DNA from: Utricularia gibba
Taxonomy: Eukaryota; Plantae; Magnoliophyta
Assembly (NCBI GenBank): GCA_002189035.1
Contig: NEEC01000017.1
Coordinates: forward strand, 2,294,001 to 2,358,000
Reading direction: 5' to 3'
DNA length: 64,000 bases
Position numbers and translations under genes: made by a program. The notes under the pieces are model-generated. The model had not been told where the DNA came from. It did not search any database and saw nothing but the letters and a program-made list of their open reading frames with translations. Positions 49,325-60,426 of the stretch are shown in pieces; positions within the stretch are counted from its first letter, which is position 1, and every line of letters begins with the position of its first letter.

Positions 49325-50024
49325 AGTATCTGCTTTTGTAAAACCAATAACCCAAAGAAAAAGAATCAATCTCCCGCACATGAAATGAACGTGAAATCGA
49401 TTTCATACCCCCCAAAACAAAATCTTAAGGTGCATGCAACAAGAAAACCCCGGATAAGGAACTCAAAATCCGAATCCACACAACAACAACAATGAATAAA
49501 TAAATAAACACAAAAATACCTAAACCGAGGCCCCTGAGTCAAACTACCTCCAGCCCGCAGCCCACTCTTCGATTCCTAGCACCAACTTACCAAACGAGAA
49601 AGTGCGTGAGGAGTATTTTTAGGCAACCATTTCTCGGGAGCCTCCTGTTGGCCATCTCCAGAGGCTATGCACGATGCCAAAACGAAAGCAACAAAAGCTA
49701 TTATGATCGAAGAAATGAGGAAGCAGTACTATTTATCCAGATCAAAATAAATGCTCGTTTTTTCATAAAGCGAGAAATAGTGGTAACAGCACTCTTGTCC
49801 AGGAACATTAGCTTCTCCGAATTCGATTCCATTTTTATCCAAAAAAACAAACAGAATACGAAAAAATTGTGGCTCTCAGGAAAAGCTGAGGGAGGTATAG
49901 AATCAAAAAACAGAATAAACTTATTGATAAGAAAAAAAAAGGGAAAGAAATAGACTATGGAGGGTGCATGGGGTGCATCGTGCAGATTCGTGGGTCCTGC
50001 CTCTTTTCTCAACTAAGTGGAGGC

Positions 50025-50458
50025 TTGACTTGTTGACCTCACTCTCAAATTCTCCTGCATCTCGAAACCTATGACTGACGCCTTCCATCAAATCAAGCAG
50101 TATTATCATTAACAAATACAATATTAAAAACATTAAAAATAATCCAAAAAGGGTAAAAGTGTCAATAATTATTAATGAATAAAATCACGCACATATCCAA
50201 TGCAAGGAATTCTAGAAAAATGCAAATATAAATATAAATAATTTAAATATATATTAATTAAACTATACTATCAAATATATTCAAATATTGGAAACAAAAA
50301 TACCCGTTATTATTCTTTTTATTTCATTTAATGAATAAAAGAATAAAATTAATTAACTAAAACCGACCCACGTTTTAAACCTGGGCGGCGGCGCAGGGCG
50401 ATGGCGATGCAGCATTATCCTCCCTACCTTTTGTCTTCTCCCAGCAGCCTGCTTGACT
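50025..50458. promoter_or_regulatory. W-boxes in the divergent NRAMP/WRKY40 promoter
   Basis: TTGACT 50025-50030 followed closely by TTGACC 50033-50038; another TTGACT at 50453-50458. Confidence 0.5.
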
Positions 50459-50550
50459 TTCTCCCCACACTACCATTCAAAGCCGCAAGCTTCTTCCTCT
50501 GGCAAACTCTCTTTTAACGTTTCTTCCTCCTCCTCATCCACACGTCTTCA

Positions 50551-51658
50551 ATGGAATTCGATCTCAACCTTAATCCTTCTTCATGGAATGTAGAAAGGGA
50601 GTTTCTGTCTCCTGTCAAGGAGCCGGGCGCCAGCTTCAGCTTCATCGCTGCCAAAGATGATGAGGTAAACGAAAAAAAGCAGTCAAAAGCATGTTTTTGT
50701 GGAGGTTTCTATAAATCTTTTTGTGGGATTTTTTGTAGGGGGGCGCCATGAGGGAGGAGCTTCGAAGGTTGAATGAAGAAAACAAGAACCTGACGCGGCT
50801 GCTCGGTGTGATCTCCGAGAGATGCGAGGATTTGAAGCACCAGCTGACCACAAAGCAGAGGAGCAACGGCGACATGGGGCCAACACATCATAAGAAACAG
50901 AAGACTGGAGGCAGCGACGACAATGGGCCTAGTGAGAGCAGTTCTAGTGATAAAAGCTCTTTCAAGAAACTGAGCGAAGGGCAGCAGATAAAGGCTACGA
51001 TTACGCAGAAGTTTGTCAAGATAGATGCATCTGATACTAGTCTTGTAAGTATAACGAGCAATAAGTATGATGCCTGAAGAGGAATAAAAAGATAATGAGT
51101 ACCTGATCTGAATTTGAATTTCAGATAGTGAGGGATGGATACCAGTGGAGAAAGTATGGGCAGAAGGTGACTAGGGATAATCCTTGCCCTAGAGCTTACT
51201 TCAAGTGTGCTTTTGCTCCAAGCTGTCCGGTCAAAAAGAAGGTTAGGCCTGTCTTCTGTCACAAAACACATGAATGAAAAAAAAAAAAAAAAAAACACAA
51301 GAATTCAATCGGTCTCAAGCTATTGCTCCTTTTGCAGGTTCAGAGAAGTATAGAGAACCAATCAATACTGGTGGCAACTTATGAAGGGGAGCACAGCCAT
51401 GCTCGGGCTGGGAACTCTGATACTGGGCATAGGTTGAGCCGGACATATGAGCCAAAAGGTGTTGCTGATATCATGAAAGAGAAGTTGGGGCGAGAAGAAA
51501 CACCGAGTCTGAGTAGCAAGTTTGATTCCCTGGAACTCCAACAATCATTTGTGGAAAAGATGGCTTCCACACTAACCAAGAATCCCAATTTTACAGCAGC
51601 ACTTGCAGCTGCCATTTCTGGGGATTTTCAGCTCAGTAATCATGCAGAAAAGAGGTAG
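50551..51658 (+). CDS. WRKY transcription factor, group IIa (WRKY40-like)
   Basis: Four exons. Leucine zipper ([16 protein letters not shown]), [28 protein letters not shown]...[21 protein letters not shown] and [17 protein letters not shown]. Confidence 0.93.
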
Positions 51659-51808
51659 AAGTTTTTCAGAATCATCAACATGTAAATCTCGAATCTCTCT
51701 AAAGCGAGATGGGCTAGCTGGAAGAAAATTCAAAGAAGTCTACAGGAAATAGAATAGTGAAGTCAATCCATCCAAGTTAATGTGCAGTGCCAAAAAACCT
51801 ACAAAGTA

Positions 51809-53460
51809 CTACAGAATGTACAATTTCAGATCGTCAATATCTGCAGCTAATTCTGGGAGGAATGCATTGTCAACATGATTTCTTGTATCACCAACCATTA
51901 TACAATGACGGTAGCTGAAACAGTCGACAAGATGGTCATTTATAATTCCAGCCGCCTGCATGAAGGAGTAGACCACTGTGGGTCCAGCACCTCGCAGCCC
52001 TCTTTTCACATAATCTTTGCTTACTGTCTCTGCCTTGGATGTTTTAAGTGGAACTTGCCGAAGGTGGCGAAAATTTCCAAGAATAGGTTTGTAGCGCACA
52101 AAGCCCCATACGCGATTGTCAAAAGATACATACTCATCTATTATCTGCATGTTCACATTAAAGACTTTGAGATATCCCCATCACTAAATGCCAATGAATT
52201 GGGACACACATCATAATGCAGTGAATACCTTACAAATTTGGCGTGCATTTTCGATGATTGAGCGAAGCCTTAGTTCGCATACAAGTGAATTGGCAGGATT
52301 TCCTGGTGCTGAGAGTTTCTTGCCTAGGAATTTTGGCACAGCTATTAAGGCAAAGTCACTGAAGACGTCTCTGTTAACACATTCCTAGTGCCTTATTTTC
52401 GCCCTTATTCATTCGCAACACTGAGCAGCCATATATTAACACACCTGCATATGTGCCTCATACCAAGAATGGCTGGCCAAGATAGTTAGGCCAATGCAGT
52501 AGAAAAGCTGAAAAGCTCAAAGAGCCTCCTGCCAGGAAAGGTGAATCAAAACTGGAAATTTTTAAGATTTCAGTTTTGTGATTCACGAAAGTTAACCTAG
52601 CTGAGTAGGAAGCTCTGTCATTGTGAACGGAAAGCCCCCACTCATCTTCGTGAAATACAGCTTTAGGACACGGTGGGCCTTCATAAGTATAATGCCATTT
52701 AGTACAAAGAACCTATAAGACAGTCAAATAGAGATTGAAATACAACGCATGCAATTCAATTAAACAGGAGTTTTGAAATCAATATTAACTGAATGAAGAT
52801 GATGAACTACACAGAGAAAAAAGAAAAGTCAAGATCAAGGAGGAAAAACTAGATGGCTGTAAAGGATGCGCAGCCAAACTAGAGAGCATAGTGACAGAAA
52901 CAATAAAAAAAGGTTAATACAGTTCATAACAGCATCCTTGAAAGCATAGTCAAGTTTTTTCTTTGTAATTGACAAGCAGCTAGATTTTGATGAACAAGTC
53001 AATACAAGAGGACTAAGCGTGCTGCAATAACCGAGGCACGTATGTAAGTCCATCGTCATAGAAAAAGCATTCAAGTTCTTCCCAAGCCCGGTATTACAAT
53101 CCGCAGTCACCTAAATGCATACTCATGGTATCCAACACATACTAAACACATATTAGACACGTCACAATGAATATGAATTAGACAAAAAGAAGAGCTATGC
53201 CAGTGTTTGAACTCACCCATGCACACCTTTTCATAGATAAAGCACCACCCAAAACATCATCATTTTCTGTCCCATCACTTGCTCCACCTCCCATTATTTT
53301 CCCAATTCTCACGCTCCAGAAAATGAGCAGGACTTGAACTCCACCTGGAAATCCTCCCCGTTGACGCTCCGCTATGCGAAGAATCCGTCGAAGCATCCGA
53401 AATCGCGTTTTCGCTCTTCACGTTCACCATCGTTGAAGTCACGGAGCGCCGCTCAAACAT
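51809..53460 (-). pseudogene. DNA-3-methyladenine glycosylase I (TAG-like), probable pseudogene
   Basis: Recognisable KRCAWV, FHEDEWG, LFEL and FMQAAGIINDHL motifs. In-frame TAA at 52486-52488, a frameshift in exon 1, a weak GC donor and many non-conservative substitutions. Confidence 0.8.
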
Positions 53461-54275
53461 TGCACTCAAGTGCTCCACGGACGCCTTCGCCTTAAACCAA
53501 CTGAAATCAAAATGCGCGCTCCCAGAAAAAGAACTAGGGATTCCTGCGTAACATTCTAGAACTACATCGCTGACCGAGTTACGACAGTGCAGACTATCGA
53601 TCTTAAGAAAAAAAAACAAAGGAAAAGAAAAACAAGACTCTTAAACGGAGACCGCCGCCGGCGCTCGTATCCCGATGCCAAAAACGCGCCTCCAGAAGCC
53701 CCGCACGGCAGGACCATTGTTGTTGCTTCACGGGATTCTCCGAAATTGCAACTTGCAACAAAATTCCTCATGCTTTCAACTATTATTATTATTATTTTTA
53801 AAAAATGAAATATTAAAATAAACCAATTCACAAAATGGCTTGTCAAAAACCCAAATAATATCTTTTTTGCAGTGGGGCCCATTTACTTTCAATGATGCAA
53901 CGGATAAGAGACACGTGTAGGGCGAAGATTTGAGCGCCCTAAAGTAAAGGGCTCCGCTTGCTTTCATGCAAACCAAGGTGGCAAAAGCGCATTGTTACGT
54001 GTAAAACCCACTGGCTCATCTTCAGCTCCAATGAGTCGGAATCCAGACAGATGGATGTTGGAATCCGACCATGCTTATGCCTCTTGGTAGTGTTGTCCCA
54101 CCACGTGCATGGCACATGCTGCTCCTACGCAACTTCGACTCTCGCGCTAGTCAAAAGGGCTTGTAAACCGATCCTTTTGTTCTTCTTGATTTTCGAAAAC
54201 CAGTTGCTTCCACAGGGATTGTTGCTTCTGAGTGGTGACAACAAGGGCACGCCCGCGTTCTCAGGCCATCCGAAA

Positions 54276-56299
54276 ATGGCTGCTGCTCCTGCATCGCAAA
54301 GCATTATGCTCCTTGCTGTAACAGTTGCAGCGTTTGTGGTGGTTCTTGCGGGGATCGCGTATTTCCTGTGTTGTTTATGGAGAAGTAATGCTCGTGGGAT
54401 GCGCACCGCTCCCTTTGATTCGCCGTCGCCGTTGAACGGTGTGCAGACGTTCAGCTTCAAGGAGCTCAAGACCGCTACCCACAATTTCAGCGCTTCCAAC
54501 TCCATTGGGAAAGGAGGGTCGGGTGCTGTTTACAGGGGAGTGCTTAAAGATGGAAAAGTTGTTGCTGTCAAGGTGCTTCATTTTCAGGGTGAGTACGAGT
54601 TTCAGAACGAGGTTAAGATTCTTGGTGGGTTGAACAAGCCTTGCCCTCTTGTTGTGTCGCTCTTGGGTTTCTGCGTGGAGGAGGGGAAGAGGCTCTTGGT
54701 GTATGATTATATGCCTAACAGAAGCTTGCAGGAGTCTTTGTTTCTCGAGTCTGATGACGAGTCTTCGACATTGACTTGGAGCAGGAGATTTGCTATAATC
54801 CATGACGTTGTGAAAGCACTGGTTTTCTTGCATCTCGAATGCCATCCACCCGTGATTCACGGTGACGTGAAACCAAGCAATGTGTTGTTAGATTCAGAGT
54901 TCAGGGCCAGGATTTCTGATTTTGGGTTGTCGAGACTGAAGCTCGTGAGTGAGCATGGGGTTGATTTGTTCAGCCAGGACCTGAGGAATATACAAGAGAA
55001 TGTTGCTTCTCAGGAGGAGGTGATTATTCGTCCCAATGATGAAATTGACTTCGCTCAGGCCCTGCGAATTTCAGCACCCACTACGACGAATAACTGTAAA
55101 ATCTATCATGACACCATGAAGAAGCATAATCTTGATCCATGTGATTCAAAAGGCAAGGGGGTTCTGCTCCCGCTTCTGCAAATGCTGGGGTTTGGAACAC
55201 ATCTTTGCCCTCCGATGCAGACTTAGGCAGCACTGATTGTAGCAGGGATCTGAAGTCAATGCCCTTTGATGCAGATTTAAGCAGCACGGATCACAGTAGG
55301 GATTTGGGCCCGAGCTCTGATAAGGGTGAATCCATCAATGTGGGAGGAAATCAGTGGGGAGAAGACTGGTGGTGGAAGCAAGACGGGAGTGGTGAATTGT
55401 GCAGCAAAGAGTATGTGATGGAGTGGATCCGGAGCCAGATTTATCCTTCTGATATTCCGGATTGGGATGTGGAGAAGGGGATGGTGATCCTTGGGAAGGC
55501 AGACTTAGATGACTCTGTGAATGATCATGAAATGGCTGAGAATCCAACACAAGATCAGCAATGTGAAGCTGAAAAAGAACGCACAAATGGACAGGTCAAG
55601 AAGCACAGGAAGATGGTGGAATGGTGGAAGGAGGAGCAGCTCAGTGACACTACCAGCAACAAAGTGACTACATCATCGAGAAGTAAGCGAATCGTTGTCC
55701 CTCATCTCGGGTTGGGAAAATGCTTCACAAACAGCAAAACAGGGCGACACGAAAATGATGACGACAATTTCGAATTCAGCTTCAGAAGAGGATGTGGGGA
55801 AGAGAGGCCATCCCCTTCACAGAGCGGAGATATGTTTAGCCGTGAGCTGAGCAGCACAACAAGCGTGAGAGGGACCTTCTGCTATGCTGCTCCTGAACAC
55901 AGTGAACACAACTACTCGATGGAGAAAGCTGATATCTACAGCTTAGGTGTGCTGATTCTAGTCACCGTCTCCGGGAGACGGCCGTTGCACGTGCTACCCT
56001 CTCCGATGAAGTTCAAGAAAGCCAACTTGATAAGCTGGACAAAGAGCTTAGCTCACTCCGGGAATATACTAGAGCTGGTTGATTCAAAGCTCGGAGATGA
56101 GTACAACAAAGAAGAGGCAAGTTTGTGCATAAACTTGGCTCTGTACTGCCTGCAGAGGACGCCGGATTTGAGGCCGGGTATCGGCGATGTACTCAGGATA
56201 CTCAACGGAGAAACGGAGCTTCTACCGCGGCCGTGCAACTTCTCACCGCCGACACCGTTGAGATTTTCTCAGAAGCCGAGGAGGAGGCAAAGGGCTTAG
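54276..56299 (+). CDS. Single-pass receptor-like kinase with a large insertion in the kinase domain (At1g80870-like); frameshift near 55159
   Basis: N-terminal TM helix, GKGGSGAVY, VAVK, HGDVKPSNVLLD and DFGLSR. A long insert with WWWKQD and EWWKEE follows, then RGTFCYAAPE and DIYSLGVL in another frame. Confidence 0.9.
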
Positions 56300-56484
56300 A
56301 TTAGCTTGAGTTTTCATGGATTCTTGTGAATTGGACATAATTGGGCCGAATTATTGAGCTTTAGGTAATGGGCCTTACTGGGTTAGATTAGTGGGCGTTA
56401 TGGATCTGTCTGGGCTCTCTCAATTTAGTTAACTTCAATTGAAATGAATCAGAATCCGAACGTACTTGGGGAACGGAGAAAACC

Positions 56485-57234
56485 ATGAGCGGCGGAACGA
56501 AGAAGGCCATCAATGGAAACGCCGCGAGTTCAGCTTCTTTTAACGGCGGCGGATTTGGGTCTAAATTGGAGTATTATCTTTATAGCGGCGATAAGAAACA
56601 CGTCGCCGCCGGAATCGCCATAATTGGGGTTGTTATTGGTGTACCCTGGTACCTCATGAATCGAGGTAAATTTGAGCACCGGGAGTTGTTTCGTTTTTCT
56701 TTTTTTCTTCATTATTTTGGTGTTATGTGTCCAAGTGTGAAAGTTTTCTGGGAAATATTGCAGTCCCTTGCTTAGTGATAAATTAGCCTTCTGGGTTCTT
56801 CCATTTTGGTAGGGGATAGTTCCAAAAGGAATTCAAGCTGTTGAGTATAGTATTTCTCGCTTGAATTGTTTGGAGGAAGTTGAGTGGATAGTAATCATGT
56901 TAACTCTAGTAGTACTTTGTCGTTTGGATTTGATATGATGTTCCAGGGTTCTTATCTGTGAGTGCTGGTGGCACGTTTATTTGAGAAAGAACAGTGTTGT
57001 GTGAATTCCCAATTTTGTTAAGAACGCAAGGTTCCTATTGGCTGCATGGAATTGGAAAAAGATTTGCTTGCTGTTTACAGTTCTACTCGATTGATGTTGA
57101 ACTTTGAAAAACTTAACACAACGATACTTTTTATCGAAGGGACGAAGCATATATCTCATCAAGATTACATGGAGAAAGCGGACCGAGCTCGAAATGAAAG
57201 ACTTTCAGCAGGCTCAACTAGAGTGAAAGGATGA
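56485..57234 (+). CDS. Small single-pass membrane protein, 91 aa (At1g16000/At1g80890-like)
   Basis: Exons 56485-56665 and 57140-57234 join in frame: ...YLYSGDKKHVAAGIAIIGVVIGVPWYLMNR|GTKHISHQDYMEKADRARNERLS... Confidence 0.85.
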
Positions 57235-57669
57235 AGAACCAGAGGTGGACATCCTTCTTCTTCTACTTTCAGCTTTGAAAACCATTGCTCTATGCAGTAG
57301 CTTTCGTAAACACTTTGTACTTGGATTGATCATGAATAACTCTGATTGGGGTTTATGAGAGTTTTATAAAAGATCATTTTGTTTACATTCCCGTGTACCA
57401 CCCTCCTCGTACCAAAGACTAGTTCCAAGGTATGAATATCGAAGTCCATGGCACACTGAGGCTTCTCCAAGATATCGTTGATTATATGGTTCCAAGGTTC
57501 ATGACGCAGGAATATTTTAAATTTGAGCTTTTTCTAATGGCACTGCTCTTGCGGATTGTGTAGATGCCTTTGTTGTATGATAAAGTACCATTCTAGAAAA
57601 ATGAATTGGATAATAGTTGGTGGGGCTCCCACCTGGAAAGATCACAACTTTGTTCAGGAAACTCAGATA

Positions 57670-58089
57670 TCAGGGGAGAAAACCAAGCATACCCACCACT
57701 CCTACGACGGCGAAGGTAATAACCCCAGGTGCACATGAAGCCGCCGAGTTTCTTCTACCTGGATGTGACCGGGCGATGTTTGTTCCACCGCCACCAGCTC
57801 CGGAAGCCCGAGCACCACCTCTACCGGCCCTGAGGCTCACTGTGACGTCAAAATTGTCAGGATTCTGACTCCTGGTGTATATCTCTTTTCCTTTCTCACT
57901 TCCTTCAACTGCAGTGAAAAGAGATTGTCACATGAGGATCCATAGGAGGATAGACTTCCTGGGAAGGGAGCACTCACCCAATGAATTGAAGGAATTGGAG
58001 GTTTCCGGAGGCTGGAGAGAGAGGCCCCGGACGAAATCCCCGGCGAAAAGCAGGGCCAAAAGCAGAGCTATATTCGCCATCCTTTTCAT
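57670..58089 (-). CDS. Secreted Gly-rich small protein with hydrophobic C-tail (putative GPI-anchored), 116 aa
   Basis: Exons 58089-57978 and 57908-57670 (G|GTGAGT ... CTGCAG|) join in frame: signal peptide, then LRAGRGGARASGAGGGG...RRNSAASCAPGVITFAVVGVVGMLGFLP*. Confidence 0.75.
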
Positions 58090-58833
58090 GGGAGGAGAAA
58101 GAGGAAGAGACACAGCCTTTTGCTTAGGATTGGTGAATTGATTGATGGAATAGTGGCTTATGAAGGCAATGAACATACAGAAAAAGGCAGGTATACTTCA
58201 AGTCATACCATCAGAATGTTGAAGCAGAGGCTTTGATGTTTCTCCATCATGCCTTGGTTAGGAATCTTTTCTATTCTATCCCACCCCTTTTTTTCTCTGT
58301 GGATGAGGACACATGGGTAGGGTCCGTGTCCGCCACTCCACCCGGACGAGTCCACATGAAGGAACAAACAAGAGAATACAGCTCATTTTGTGCAGTGACT
58401 TCCCAAAAGTGCAACTTGGGTTGCTCTGCTTATTCAAACCTGTCCATCTCAATCAATTGGATTTGAATTGCACCATCTATTCATATTATGTATTTGTTCG
58501 CGTACAGAGGTGGACACGGGCCGGCCCGGTCTGTTAGCTGTTGCCACTACGGGCTCGGCCCTGCAAGATAATAGTTTTGTTATTTTTTCATACTGATTAA
58601 AACTAACATTGCACGAGAGAGAGATAAATGGCTGGCTCCATGGGGAGCTGCCCGGAAGATGACAACATAAGAATGACAAAAGAATCATCTCAGATCCTAT
58701 GCAACAACAACAAGACGAATATGTAGAGAAGCATGTACTCAAGCAGAGATGTTCTACTTGAAAAATTGTGGAAAATGTGCTGTGAATTCGAGCATTTTTT
58801 ACGGCTCCATGGCTTGGGATGAACAGTGGTTCA

Positions 58834-59880
58834 TCATGTAGTTTCCTCTGAGTCATCCTCGGAATCCAAATCCCATTCTTCCTCACTGTGGCAGCTTTCA
58901 TCTTCACTTCCAGAGACCAGCAGGATGGACTCAGCCTCACCCAGAACTTCAATCTCATGTACCTCTTGTTCTCCACGTTCATCACCGTCATCCATACCGC
59001 CGAGAAACGGATGATCCAGTAGCATTTCAGCTGTAAATCTGTATGCGGGTTTCCTAGCAAAGCATCCTTTGAGAAAGCTCCTGGCCTCAGATGATAATTG
59101 ACTGGGGATTTCAGGCACTAAGCATCCTCCTCCTCCTCCTCCTCCTATCTTAGATAAAAGCTGCTCACCCTTCTCGCCCTGCTCCTCATCCCAGGGCCGC
59201 TTTCCGGATAACATTTCAAGTACAATGCACCCGAAAGCCCAGATATCGCTCATCGAATCCTGCAACTTATGAGCAACAGCCTCTGGAGATAGGTACATTG
59301 GAGTCCCTTGCCACTGTAGCAGGGCATTGTCCAGCTTCCTCTTCTGGCTCCGGCTAGTAGCCCTTTTCGCCAATCCGAAATCTCCAATCTTTGCTCTCAA
59401 TTTGCCTCGCCCATTCGGAAAAAGCAATACATTATCAGGCTTCAGATCACAATGGACATAGCCGAGTCCATGGATGTGTCTCAGGCCTCTCAACATACAC
59501 CTTGCGATCACCTTCACCTCCGATTCGGGCAACCCGCAGCCACCCAAGTTCTTGATCCTGTCAGACAAGGTCCCACCGGGAGCATACTCCATCAACAAAT
59601 TGTAAACGATGGAGCCGTTCCCACCGACGGTTGTTTCATCCCCATAACACAATATGATATCAGAACACCCCTTGATGTCGCTCAAAATCTGCCTCTCCCT
59701 CTGGATGGACGCCGAAATCGATATCTCGGCCGATTTCACGGCCATTATCGATGGGTAGCAACTGAATCTTGACCTGGGCCTCTTAATCGCAACATAAACA
59801 CTACCGAATCCCCCTTTCCCAATCATCGAACCCCTCAGCCACGCCACCCCATCTCCATACCCATCACCCGCCTCTCCCAA
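58834..59880 (-). CDS. Intronless MAP kinase kinase kinase (MEKK clade, MAPKKK17-21-like)
   Basis: WLRGSMIGKGGFGSV, MAVKSAE, MEYAPGGTL, HCDLKPDNVLL, KIGDFGLAK, GTPMYLSPE and DIWAFGC, with an acidic C-tail. Confidence 0.93.
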   Translation of the reverse strand: MGEAGDGYGDGVAWLRGSMIGKGGFGSVYVAIKRPRSRFSCYPSIMAVKSAEISISASIQRERQILSDIKGCSDIILCYGDETTVGGNGSIVYNLLMEYAPGGTLSDRIKNLGGCGLPESEVKVIARCMLRGLRHIHGLGYVHCDLKPDNVLLFPNGRGKLRAKIGDFGLAKRATSRSQKRKLDNALLQWQGTPMYLSPEAVAHKLQDSMSDIWAFGCIVLEMLSGKRPWDEEQGEKGEQLLSKIGGGGGGGCLVPEIPSQLSSEARSFLKGCFARKPAYRFTAEMLLDHPFLGGMDDGDERGEQEVHEIEVLGEAESILLVSGSEDESCHSEEEWDLDSEDDSEETT

Positions 59881-60426
59881 ACTCCCCCTTTCCCCAGCAT
59901 TGCACCGAACAATGCGCGCTTCAACTTGAACAACTTGATAACCGCGGAGTCAGCAACTTCAGAGGCGATGGAATCACGAAACCGAACGAGGGGAAGAGCT
60001 TGCCGGTGCAGTCTATCTATATCCCCTGTGTGGTGGTTGCCTCCGCGGGGGCAGATGAGATGATCCCAGACTCCTCCTAATTAGGGTTTACGAGGAGATT
60101 ATCAAGTGGCGGGCACGATTTTCCTTTACTCCCAAGCTTCTTTCCATACACAAGGAATATGAAGAGGATTGCTGGCAAAGCAAATTAAATGTCCCAATAA
60201 CCGACCCAACGGTAATAACTACCGCGCTTTCATGTGCTTATCCTTTCCATTACTGCACAATCGTCTGCTTTTCATATTACTTTATGCATAAAATATTCAT
60301 TTTTTCCCTAAAAAAAACCCTATTTCTAATTTTTTTTTTAAAAAAAAAAAAAACACACACACACAAGTAGAGGGTAGGTTCATAACAGATATGAACTGCA
60401 CAGCCTGCACATGATGCCGAAGGGGC

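Noticed and set aside
53958-54275. 106-aa N-terminal extension of the kinase ORF
   Set aside because: Non-ATG start and promoter/UTR-like sequence; the ATG at 54276 precedes the TM helix as in homologues.
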